Shown one piece after another: positions 28,943 through 37,599 of a stretch of 64,000 nt of DNA. Source of the DNA: Bdellovibrionota bacterium (GTDB lineage: Bacteria > Bdellovibrionota > UBA2428); contig CAXNEW010000003.1 in assembly GCA_964201665.1 (NCBI GenBank), forward strand, positions 13,284 to 77,283, read 5' to 3'. Within the stretch, counting starts at the first letter, position 1; each line of letters begins with the position of its first letter. Below the pieces are notes generated by a model that saw only the letters and a list, made by a program, of their open reading frames with translations, was not told where the DNA came from and ran no database searches. A program made the translations under genes and the position numbers.

Positions 28943-30075
28943 CGGTCAATTTCTCCCAATACAATGTCTAGACTTCCCAAAAGGGCCACAATGTCACCAA
29001 TCATCATTCCACTACACAATTCATCCATTGTTGAAACTGCAATAAAACAGGGCGACTTTGCCTTAATGCGATAAGGTTTTTTAGTTCCGTCAGCCACAAT
29101 GTGATAGCCCAACTCACCACGCGGACATTCCGTAGCTAAATAGATTTCACCTTCGGGTTTTACGGCTTTTGCCACTTTGCCCATGAAATCACCCTCAGGT
29201 AATTGTTTAACGGCCTGTTCTAAAATTTTTACAGACTCAAACATTTCTTTAATGCGAACATAGTAACGGTTCCAGCAATCACCGACGACTCCTCGTTCTG
29301 CCAGACCAACGCAAACGTTAAAATCATATTTTTCATAACCAGAATAGGGTCGGTCTTTGCGTAAATCCCAAGCCATCCCACTGCCGCGTAAATTGGGTCC
29401 GCTCAAGCCGTAACTCACAGCTAAATCCAGGGGAATAATCCCCACGTTGGCCGTACGTTTTACGAAAATAATATTGCCCGAAAGAAGTTCGTCGATTTCT
29501 TCAAGTTGAGGTACAAAATATTTACAGAATTCTAAAATTTTATCTTGTAAGCCTCGCGACAAATCACGAACGACACCACCAGGACGAACATAATTATAAA
29601 GTAAACGGGCTCCACAGAGTTCTTCAAAAATTCTCAAAACATGTTCGCGATCGCGAAAGGCGTACAAGAAGGGAGTAAAACCTCCGATATCCAACGAGTA
29701 GGTACCCAGCGCCAACAAATGCGAAGCTATTCGATTGAGCTCCGAAACAATTACGCGAATAGCTTGCGCTCGGTCAGGGACTTCAACGTCAGCAAGCTTT
29801 TCGATCGCCAGACACATTCCCACTTCCATGTTCATGGCTGCGAGATAGTCCATTCGATCGGCAAAGGGTATTGACTGCAGATACTCGCGATTTTCAGTGT
29901 GTTTTTCAAAACAGCGATGCAGATATCCAATATCAGGATAAGCCGCTTTAATGATTTCCCCGTCACTGATAATTTCGACTCTCAAAACACCGTGAGTTGA
30001 GGGGTGCTGAGGCCCCATATTAATTACGAGTTCTTCGGTTCTAAGTTCGGGTGAATGATTTTCAGTTATAGCCAC
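28939..30075 (-). CDS. nuoD: NADH-quinone oxidoreductase subunit D
   Basis: Contains 'NMGPQHPSTHGVLR' and the C-terminal 'DIVLGEIDR'. It is 378 aa long and lacks the [NiFe]-hydrogenase Cys motifs. Confidence 0.92.
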   Translation of the reverse strand: MAITENHSPELRTEELVINMGPQHPSTHGVLRVEIISDGEIIKAAYPDIGYLHRCFEKHTENREYLQSIPFADRMDYLAAMNMEVGMCLAIEKLADVEVPDRAQAIRVIVSELNRIASHLLALGTYSLDIGGFTPFLYAFRDREHVLRIFEELCGARLLYNYVRPGGVVRDLSRGLQDKILEFCKYFVPQLEEIDELLSGNIIFVKRTANVGIIPLDLAVSYGLSGPNLRGSGMAWDLRKDRPYSGYEKYDFNVCVGLAERGVVGDCWNRYYVRIKEMFESVKILEQAVKQLPEGDFMGKVAKAVKPEGEIYLATECPRGELGYHIVADGTKKPYRIKAKSPCFIAVSTMDELCSGMMIGDIVALLGSLDIVLGEIDR

Positions 30076-30094
30076 GTAAAATAATCCTTAGTCC

Positions 30095-30736
30095 TTAAAG
30101 AGGAACTTTCATTCCATTGTATTCTTCTGGAAAAACATAATCCTTGCGCAAGGGATGCCCCACCCAATCAGGGGGTAGCAATATGCGAGCCATGTTGGGA
30201 TGCCCTTCAAACTCAACGCCCATCATGTCGAAAACTTCACGCTCATACCAATTTGCGGCTCGATAAATTCCACTTGCAGTTGCAAGTCTTGGAGATTTTT
30301 TTGAAACATAGGCCTTAAGAATAATTTGATGCCGGTGAACAAAGGACCAAAGTGCATAAACCACCGCAATGTGGCCCTTGGGCCCCTTAACGGATGGAGC
30401 GGGTGCCGATTCTGTCCCCTCGCCTGCCGAAGAATTAGGGGAGTTTTCATTGGGCAAATCAACACACGAAATCACCTGCAACAGGGCACACAAAAATTTA
30501 GAGTCATCTCTCAAAAATCGCAAAATTTCAGAAATCTTTGAGGGATCAACCGCAATGAAAGGATCACCCTTATGACTCTTTTCGACTTCAGCCACCGAGG
30601 TGGGTCCGAACTGGCTTTTGAGGGCTTGGGCCACAGTATCGACATCTTTGGGTAAACCTGTGCCGATAATTTTCGAAATCGAGGGAACGGGTTCGGGCAG
30701 GTAGGTAAGTCTAATTTCAGGGTTTTGTGAGCTCAT
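30095..30736 (-). CDS. nuoC: NADH-quinone oxidoreductase subunit C
   Basis: 'ANWYEREVFDMMGVEFEGHP' is the typical NuoC/30-kDa subunit signature. Confidence 0.85.
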   Translation of the reverse strand: MSSQNPEIRLTYLPEPVPSISKIIGTGLPKDVDTVAQALKSQFGPTSVAEVEKSHKGDPFIAVDPSKISEILRFLRDDSKFLCALLQVISCVDLPNENSPNSSAGEGTESAPAPSVKGPKGHIAVVYALWSFVHRHQIILKAYVSKKSPRLATASGIYRAANWYEREVFDMMGVEFEGHPNMARILLPPDWVGHPLRKDYVFPEEYNGMKVPL

Positions 30737-30845
30737 CAGAACCCAACTTTAAATTCAAAGGCTTAATCTCACAAGGGAAGGTCAAATTTCTCTTGAATTA
30801 AAGTCTAAAACCCAACTACGAGTGAGCACTTAGACTTTCCAAAAT

Positions 30846-31613
30846 ATGAGATTCCTCCCAAAGTCCTTTTCAAGTTTAAGCCAAGTTCTCTGGGAAACGC
30901 GAAAAGCGACTGCTGCACTCGGTAAACTTGAATCTCCCACTGACGAGCTAAGCCATAAGGCTTATGAAGCCGCGCTTCATAAAATTGGCGTGGACTGGTC
31001 TGAAAATCTTTTCAAAATTTTGGGCCTTGAAATGAATGTCTCTGGGGCACAGGTTTCAAAGGAGCCAACTCTCTTTGTGGCCAATCATGTCGGATATGTT
31101 GATATTCCTCTGATGGTCCATGCAACCTCAGGCGCCTTTGTGGCAAAAAAAGAAGTTAAATCTTTTCCTTTTTTTGGAGCGGGTGCCGAAAAGTACGGCA
31201 CCGTTTTTGTTGATCGCGCTAGCCCCGAGGCTCGTAGAAAAGTTGCGAGCCTGATTGGCGAGTTCATAAAAACTCGAAAAAAAAATGTCATATTGTTTCC
31301 TGAAGGCACCTCAAGCCCTTGGGGCGTTGAGTGGAAACGCGGGGCCTTTGCCATTGCAAAGCAGGCCAATATTCCGGTCCAACCCCTTCGCATCGCCTAC
31401 AGCCCGCAAGAAAAAGTGGCCTATTGGGGCGACCATTTTTTACCCGTACACCTCTTGGGTCTTTTGAAGCATGGAAGCTTTAAAGCAGATGTAGAAATTT
31501 TTGAGCCCCAAATGATTTCAGATGTCGAAAAAGACACGGCCTTGATTCAGGAAAAAATTCAAAACTCTCTAAAAGAAAAACTTTCCTCTTGGGGCGAATG
31601 GCGTGCCCCATGA
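30846..31613 (+). CDS. plsC: 1-acyl-sn-glycerol-3-phosphate acyltransferase
   Basis: Acyltransferase motifs 'NHVGYVD' (HX4D) and 'FPEGTSS' are present. Confidence 0.85.
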   Translation: MRFLPKSFSSLSQVLWETRKATAALGKLESPTDELSHKAYEAALHKIGVDWSENLFKILGLEMNVSGAQVSKEPTLFVANHVGYVDIPLMVHATSGAFVAKKEVKSFPFFGAGAEKYGTVFVDRASPEARRKVASLIGEFIKTRKKNVILFPEGTSSPWGVEWKRGAFAIAKQANIPVQPLRIAYSPQEKVAYWGDHFLPVHLLGLLKHGSFKADVEIFEPQMISDVEKDTALIQEKIQNSLKEKLSSWGEWRAP

Positions 31614-32257
31614 CGCCAACTGTGGTGACACCTAAAATTCCGACCCTGGATATTGACTCCGAAACTCAAAAACTTTTGCCAGGAAGGTTGCAGTTACTGG
31701 CCCCTACCCCGCCCGAATGGGCCGAGATTGCTGCGAAGAATTTTTCGCACTTTTTAAAAGATCACGCTGCGTGTGAGAGAAAGGCATCGGCCTCGGCACT
31801 TTCCTTTGTTGTTAAATATAAAGACAAAACGGAACTCGTTGAGGCCATGATTGCTTTAGCTCGAGAAGAGCTCGAACACTTTGAACAGGTTTGTAAATTG
31901 CTTCACTCTTTGGGTTTAGAACAAGGCGCTGACGAAAAAGATTCCTATGTGAACGATTTACTTAAGGGCTTGAAAACCGAACCTCAGGAAAGGTTTTTAG
32001 ATCGCTTGGTCATTTCTGCAATCATGGAAGCCCGAGGTTGTGAAAGATTTGGGCTGATGGCCCAAAAGCTAACAGACCCTAAACTTGCACTCTTTTACGA
32101 TCGGTTGAGCCGTGCCGAAGCCAAACACCAACTTCTTTTCATTCAACTTGCCGAAAAGTATTTTCCCAGCCTTCTGGTCAAAAAAAGACTTGATGAACTT
32201 CTGCAACTGGAAGCCCGTTGTATGCTTCAAAAACCCCTGGCCGCTAAACTTTACTAG
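31610..32257 (+). CDS. miaE: tRNA-(ms2io6A)-hydroxylase (MiaE-like di-iron protein)
   Basis: 'DHAACERKASASALSF' and 'REELEHFEQV' fit ferritin-like di-iron motifs as I recall them for MiaE. ATG 31610 forms an ATGA overlap with the plsC stop. Confidence 0.72.
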   Translation: MTPTVVTPKIPTLDIDSETQKLLPGRLQLLAPTPPEWAEIAAKNFSHFLKDHAACERKASASALSFVVKYKDKTELVEAMIALAREELEHFEQVCKLLHSLGLEQGADEKDSYVNDLLKGLKTEPQERFLDRLVISAIMEARGCERFGLMAQKLTDPKLALFYDRLSRAEAKHQLLFIQLAEKYFPSLLVKKRLDELLQLEARCMLQKPLAAKLY

Positions 32258-32264
32258 ATTTTTC

Positions 32265-33662
32265 ATGACCACCAAGGACCGCCTTTTTCAAAACTACCTG
32301 CGCGGCCATTCCGACTTACCTCGGGATTTTGAATTTTCAAACTGTCCTCGGTTTTCAGATATCGTCGTGGTTCCGGCTCGAAACGAAGGAAACTTTTTTT
32401 TTAAACGCACCCTTCCCTCCCTCAAAAAGGCGAGTGAAAAAAGATTTGAACAATCCGGTCTTCCTGTTTTTATTTGTATAGTCGCCAATGGACGAGTCTC
32501 TGATTCTAACGAAGAAATTTTACTTCAAGAATCATTTCTAGAAAAATTTTCAAAACCCGTGAAAACCCAAATGTTCAATTGGGTCGAAACATCAGAGAGT
32601 TTTAGAATTGGGCTTTTTAATTTTATTTCGCCCCCCTTTAGGTTTGAACCCAAGCAGGGAGTCGGTCTGGCTCGAAAAATCGGATGCGACTTGGCCGTAA
32701 GTTTATTTGATAGAGGATTATTAAATTCGACTGTAGTTTTTACAACAGACTCTGATGCAGAAGTGCCTGAAAGCTATTTTTGTTGGGATCGAGAAATACT
32801 TAGCCCTGGCGGAATTGCGGTGTTGCCCTTCAAGCATGTCCCCGACGACTCCCAAATAGCTCCGCCTGAATTCGCTGCTCTTTTTGACAGTTACTTAGAG
32901 AACTACAGGTTGGGACTTCTTTTTGCAGCTTCACCGTTTGCATTTACAGCGCTTGGGAGCGCACTGTGCATAAACCTTAAGACTTATGTTCAGGTTCGCG
33001 GAATGCCCAAACTTTTGGCCGGGGAAGATTTTTATATTTGCCAAAAAATAGCCAAATTTTCGCAAGTTTTTCACCCTCGGGGTGACCCTATTTTGCTTCA
33101 GGCTCGATTCTCTGACCGTGTCCCCTTTGGAACGGGGCCTCGAATGGTCTCATGGAAAAATTTCTTAGATGAAAAAGGCCTGGAAAAAAACAAAGCAACC
33201 AATTTCAATGAGATTTGTTTTGAAAATCCCGCTTGTTTTGCTGAACTCAAAAAGGTGAGACTTTTGTTGCGCGATTTAAGAAAAAATTTTTACAGATCCT
33301 GCGACTTTCCCATCCCCTTACACCCGAGAACGCTCGAGTTTCTATCGACCGAAAAAATTCTAGAGAGGTTAAAAGGTGGCCTACAAAACAAAACGAACGC
33401 TGGGGTTTTTGAAAAACTCGAAAGAGAAATTTTTGATGGACTTACTGAGATTCGTCTCATTAATTTTTTAGGCCAGGTCGAAGAATTTAAAGCTCTCCCG
33501 TATGCTTCGGCCCTAGGGTTGTTTTCAGAAATGAAAAAAAATTACTGTGAAGCCGACGACATGGTGTTGATCCACAAGCGAATGGTTTCGGCTTCTTCGG
33601 CCGGAATGAGCGAGCCCGTGGGAGGCATCCTCCCCACTCCAGCCCCCCCAATAATGCGCTGA
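32265..33662 (+). CDS. glycosyltransferase family 2-like protein
   Basis: 'IVVVPARNEG' and the DxD-like 'TDSDAEV' are present. ATG 32265 lies 8 nt after the miaE stop. The last ~40 codons overlap the convergent cytochrome c gene. Confidence 0.55.
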   Translation: MTTKDRLFQNYLRGHSDLPRDFEFSNCPRFSDIVVVPARNEGNFFFKRTLPSLKKASEKRFEQSGLPVFICIVANGRVSDSNEEILLQESFLEKFSKPVKTQMFNWVETSESFRIGLFNFISPPFRFEPKQGVGLARKIGCDLAVSLFDRGLLNSTVVFTTDSDAEVPESYFCWDREILSPGGIAVLPFKHVPDDSQIAPPEFAALFDSYLENYRLGLLFAASPFAFTALGSALCINLKTYVQVRGMPKLLAGEDFYICQKIAKFSQVFHPRGDPILLQARFSDRVPFGTGPRMVSWKNFLDEKGLEKNKATNFNEICFENPACFAELKKVRLLLRDLRKNFYRSCDFPIPLHPRTLEFLSTEKILERLKGGLQNKTNAGVFEKLEREIFDGLTEIRLINFLGQVEEFKALPYASALGLFSEMKKNYCEADDMVLIHKRMVSASSAGMSEPVGGILPTPAPPIMR

Positions 33663-33931
33663 TAAAAATCGGAACCCGTGCCATTTCCTGGAACAATTTC
33701 CTCGCCCAAGGCGGCAATCCATTCCTCTTGAGTAACAAGTGGAGCCCAAGCTGCATGGCATTGCAGACATCCATTTGATGAAAGAACAATTTTGTAGGGC
33801 TCGCCCCCCAGATAGGCCTCGTCAGCTGACAAAGAGTTATTAGTTGAAACCAAACAGGCAGAAAAAAGAAGTGGAATTCCTATAGAAACAAAAACCAAAA
33901 AAATAGCCCGGCGAAAGTTTAGCGCCTTCAT
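33542..33931 (-). CDS. monohaem c-type cytochrome lipoprotein
   Basis: Signal peptide with lipobox 'LLFSAC', haem motif 'CLQCH', distal 'GRMPP' Met-ligand region and a C-terminal helix 'EEAETIRLWI'. Confidence 0.75.
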   Translation of the reverse strand: MKALNFRRAIFLVFVSIGIPLLFSACLVSTNNSLSADEAYLGGEPYKIVLSSNGCLQCHAAWAPLVTQEEWIAALGEEIVPGNGTGSDFYQRIIGGAGVGRMPPTGSLIPAEEAETIRLWINTMSSASQ

Positions 33932-34091
33932 AGAGCTCTTATTGTAAGGCCACTTTGGATTTTAGGCTGGGCAAAATACAATAAAAAGCCCTCATCCAAG
34001 GACCGCCCTATTCAAAAACTTGACTGCAGCCCCCCAAATGACCAGTTTGGGGCGGTCATTTTGTTTCATGAAGCTAAATGTTTAGAAAAGA

Positions 34092-34168
34092 GCGCCCGTA
34101 GCTCAGCTGGATAGAGCATCTGATTTCTAATCAGATGGTCGCAGGTTCGAGTCCTGCCGGGCGCGCCA
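34092..34168 (+). tRNA. tRNA-Arg (anticodon TCT)
   Basis: The cloverleaf was read by hand. The acceptor is gcgcccg/cgggcgc, the D arm is gctc..gagc, and the anticodon stem tctga/tcaga carries the loop ttTCTaa. The T arm is gcagg-ttcgagt-cctgc, and the 3' CCA is encoded. Confidence 0.95.
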
Positions 34169-34190
34169 AATTTTCGCATTCGCGAAAATT
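34169..34190 (+). other. perfect 9-bp stem hairpin (aattttcgc-attc-gcgaaaatt) abutting the tRNA 3' end
   Basis: Read directly from the sequence. No T-run follows, so this is a processing or termination structure at best. Confidence 0.4.
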
Positions 34191-34548
34191 AGAAAATAGA
34201 AATAATTGAAATTAGAAAATGGTAAGAAAAAGGACCGGAACCCATGCGAAAATTTCCCCTACTTTCCATTGTCTAATTTCCCCTGGTTCCCCCGAGTAGA
34301 GTCGCTGGGTATGCAAAATCTTTATTCCGATTAAATTCTCAAATGCAAACACGCCCTAGTTTACTGCAAATTGAACAAGGTAGTTTCATGAAAGAACTCA
34401 GGCCAAGCCTCATTCATGTAGGAGTAAATTCTATAAAAAACAAGGTCAGCATCGGCGGCCAAAGTTCCATTTGAAATCGAAACAAAACAAAACAAGGCTA
34501 TTGCTGAGCGAGCAATGACAAAGGACGCGAAGTACCGGAGGTGAAAAA

Positions 34549-34965
34549 ATGACTCAGTTTCGTAAATGGGTGTTTCTTGGATCAACTTTATTTTTTGTGA
34601 TAGTTGCGACTACCTTTGCGTCCCTAGGGAAAATCAAAGGCGAGACCTTAGCTTTGATTGAAGTTGAAAAACGTTTTGGATCGGAGAATTTCGAGGAGAG
34701 CGCATTTCGAACCGGACAAATTGAGAAAAGAGCCTCAATGGCGGCATCCCTTATTAAAAACAAAAAAAAGTACATTGGATTGGAGAGCTGGCGCATTCGT
34801 GATCTGCTTGGCACGTATTCTGGCCATTATTTTTCAGAAAAATATGCTACATTTTTCATTTATCGAGGGAAGAACCGATCCGACGACTCTTGGCAACTTC
34901 TATTCATTATCGATAAACAGTCAAAAGTCGCTGATATTGTCGTTCATAAGAATTGTTGCTACTAG
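34549..34965 (+). CDS. exported/membrane-anchored hypothetical protein (138 aa)
   Basis: Strong SD GGAGGTG lies 6 nt upstream of the ATG. The N-terminal hydrophobic segment is 'WVFLGSTLFFVIVATTFASLG'. Confidence 0.6.
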   Translation: MTQFRKWVFLGSTLFFVIVATTFASLGKIKGETLALIEVEKRFGSENFEESAFRTGQIEKRASMAASLIKNKKKYIGLESWRIRDLLGTYSGHYFSEKYATFFIYRGKNRSDDSWQLLFIIDKQSKVADIVVHKNCCY

Positions 34966-35055
34966 ACGCCCTTCGACCCGTTCCGGTCACGGCAATGAAT
35001 GAACTTGCGCAAAAGGTGACCTTCCGAGATTATGTACTCCGATTAAAACAGACCA

Positions 35056-35943
35056 TTAGTTGACGGGACTCGCAACTATAAATCCTATTAGGCTCCATTG
35101 AGAATCGCTCTCTTCTTGTTTGCGACAGTACACATTCGCACCGAGCTTTTGAAGTTTTTTGAAATAGTAGAATTGCTTTTTTTCAAACTGGAATTCCCTA
35201 TTCCAAGGACATCGATTTTGAAAAAGAAAAATGCCGTCTTTTTCTAAATCAAATCGCCAAATGCCTTCGTCGACAAGAGGTATCGTTCGATTCTCTAAGT
35301 TTTGAGGACCTTTGAATATGTGGACCGAATCTTGTCCGTTTTGTGAAAAGCCAATCTTAAAACTGTATGCGGATTTTTCATTCGAATCTAAAAGATTTCC
35401 CCGAAAATCCAAACCGTTTACAGCTTCAAAGAAGGCGCTCATTTCACGTTTGTCGCTCGTGATAACGGCGTCACCCGCAGAGGGAGCAAGGTGTTGTTTC
35501 AAATACTGTAGAATGCCTGGAACATCTTCTTCGACAACACCAAAATCGTTTTCGCGAAAATGCCCCGTTCCCACCGTTGGAAAAAGTATTTTATAATTTT
35601 CGACCTTCTCTTGTGTGAGCACTGCTTGTTCGGAATGTTTGGGTTTTAGGCCAATAAATTGAATCGTTGATCGCTGACTTAAATCTCCATCAGCCATGAG
35701 GCTGTTTGAAAGCGTTGTGGACGAGCGGGAAGTTATAACTTTGCTATCGTTCTCATTTGCAGAGCTGTCGTTAACAGGAAGCGATTTTATAGAGCTCGGC
35801 GAAGACTCTGATTCGTTAGGATTTGTTGAGTGGATGGTCGGGATTTCCTCTTGGAGAACTTCCTCACTCCCCATATTTTTAATGAGGTGGGAACTTGCGA
35901 ATATTACGCCAATAAATCCAAGGCCAATCAGGAATTTTTTCAT
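35056..35943 (-). CDS. secreted hypothetical protein (295 aa)
   Basis: ATG 35943 gives 'MKKFLIGLGFIGVIFASS' and avoids an overlap with the helicase 3' end. A Ser/Asn-rich linker is followed by a globular region. Confidence 0.6.
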   Translation of the reverse strand: MKKFLIGLGFIGVIFASSHLIKNMGSEEVLQEEIPTIHSTNPNESESSPSSIKSLPVNDSSANENDSKVITSRSSTTLSNSLMADGDLSQRSTIQFIGLKPKHSEQAVLTQEKVENYKILFPTVGTGHFRENDFGVVEEDVPGILQYLKQHLAPSAGDAVITSDKREMSAFFEAVNGLDFRGNLLDSNEKSAYSFKIGFSQNGQDSVHIFKGPQNLENRTIPLVDEGIWRFDLEKDGIFLFQNRCPWNREFQFEKKQFYYFKKLQKLGANVYCRKQEESDSQWSLIGFIVASPVN

Positions 35944-35959
35944 CCTCGTTTTTAAACGA

Positions 35960-37513
35960 CTATCTACGAGGCTTATGCGATTCAGACCTACCGCCGCTAC
36001 TCCGGCCGAAATCGCGGCCTCCGCCTGGGCGACCACCTCTTCGTTCTCGACTAAATGGGCGACCGCGACTCTGGCCGCCTCCATCACGACCCCGGTTCAT
36101 GGGCGCGCGTTCCACGGGTACCGCAAAAGTTTTACGAGTGGGGGTTTGCAAAAGATCAGGCATTAGCATGGCAATAAATCGGCTAGCGATTTCTTGTTTA
36201 GTCAAAGACTCAAGAGAATCAAGCCAGGGCTTATCCATAAGTTCAGTCAGACGGCCTAGCTCTTTAGTGAGCTCAAACTTAGGTAAAAGAGCAGACACTC
36301 TTTTCATTCCAACTTCTTTACTTGAAGGAATTTTTCCCTCTTTCATTCGGCTCTTCGTCATAAATTCTATGCGCTCAACAAGCCGCCGATTTGCCGGTGT
36401 CACAAGACTCATAGCCACACCTGATTTTCCGCTTCGAGCCGTTCGGCCAATGCGATGGACATAGCTATCAAGCTCGCGGGGAATGGAATAATTGACCACG
36501 TGAGTGAGGTCTTTAACATCGAGCCCTCGCGCGGCAACATCCGTGCAAACAAGCATCTGCACACGTTTATCGCGAAAGGATTGCATCGTGCGCTCACGGT
36601 CAGCCTGTTCTTTGTCGCCATGCAAACAATCCACTTTATATCCGCGAGATTGCAAATATTGAGTCAAATCTGCAACAAGAGATTTTGTCTGACAAAAAAT
36701 GACCCCGTAAAAATTCTCAGCGTGATCAATCAGCTTACATAATATTTCAGGCTTATTGGCTTCTTGAGTGACGTAGTAAAATTGCTCAACTGTATTCGAA
36801 AGCATTTCAGTACGATTGATTTGTACTTGTTTTGGATTCTTAAGATAGGTGTCGGCTACTCGGCGAACTTCTTTACTCATAGTCGCAGAGAAGAGCCAAA
36901 TATTGCTTTTCTCACGCGGAACTGTTTTTAAAATTTCTTCGAGCTCATCTTTGAAGCCCATAGAAATCATTTCGTCGGCTTCATCCAAAATAACAACGTT
37001 AACATTTTCAAGTTTAAGAGTTCCACGCGAGAGGTGATCAATCACTCGACCAGGCGTACCTACCACGACATTGGCGCTGTCTCGGAGTCCACGAATTTGA
37101 TCTCCGTAACTCGCTCCGCCGTAAATGGGTAAAGATCGAATGCCTAAAAATTTACCGAGTAAATTAATCTGCTGAGAAACCTGAACTGCTAATTCGCGAG
37201 TAGGGCAAAGCACCAAAGCCTGAACCCCTTTTATTTGGGTGTTCAGACGAGACAACATTGGGATTGAAAAGGCGGCAGTTTTGCCGGTGCCCGTTGCTGC
37301 TTGCCCGATAAAATCGGTCGGATCGCCAAGTAAAATGGGTAAAGTTTCCACCTGCACGGGGCTTGGAGTTTCATATCCAAGGGCGTCTATAGCTTTTTGA
37401 AGGGGTTCAATGAGGTTGAGTTCTTTAAAAGTAATCACGCCCCCCTCATAGCCCAAAAACGCACCGTGTCGAAGGAAAAAATCACGAAGGCCAATTTTAG
37501 GAGTGCCCGCCAA
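35960..37513 (-). CDS. DEAD-box ATP-dependent RNA helicase with an RGG-rich C-terminal tail
   Basis: Motifs 'AATGTGKTAAF', 'DEAD', 'SAT' and 'HRIGRTARSG' are all present. The start is uncertain: TTG 37513 is the longest option and there is no upstream ATG. Confidence 0.92.
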   Translation of the reverse strand: MAGTPKIGLRDFFLRHGAFLGYEGGVITFKELNLIEPLQKAIDALGYETPSPVQVETLPILLGDPTDFIGQAATGTGKTAAFSIPMLSRLNTQIKGVQALVLCPTRELAVQVSQQINLLGKFLGIRSLPIYGGASYGDQIRGLRDSANVVVGTPGRVIDHLSRGTLKLENVNVVILDEADEMISMGFKDELEEILKTVPREKSNIWLFSATMSKEVRRVADTYLKNPKQVQINRTEMLSNTVEQFYYVTQEANKPEILCKLIDHAENFYGVIFCQTKSLVADLTQYLQSRGYKVDCLHGDKEQADRERTMQSFRDKRVQMLVCTDVAARGLDVKDLTHVVNYSIPRELDSYVHRIGRTARSGKSGVAMSLVTPANRRLVERIEFMTKSRMKEGKIPSSKEVGMKRVSALLPKFELTKELGRLTELMDKPWLDSLESLTKQEIASRFIAMLMPDLLQTPTRKTFAVPVERAPMNRGRDGGGQSRGRPFSRERRGGRPGGGRDFGRSSGGRSESHKPRR

Positions 37514-37599
37514 GCTATTGATATTTCTAGAATGTAGGCGTTTTCCAAACTCTTAGTGGCTGCCGCGAAATGCCCATACTTTCATTTCGCAGCGACTCG

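Noticed and set aside
34361-34585. 74-aa minus-strand ORF next to the tRNA.
   Set aside because: It has no SD and no motif. It overlaps the start of the 138-aa plus-strand ORF, which has a strong GGAGGTG SD. It is probably non-coding.
34326-35047. 10-bp direct repeat tccgattaaa (34326-34335 and 35038-35047), considered as possible att-like flanks of an insertion.
   Set aside because: My rough expectation of a chance 10-mer repeat within ~1 kb is of order 0.5. There is no integrase and no match to the tRNA 3' end.
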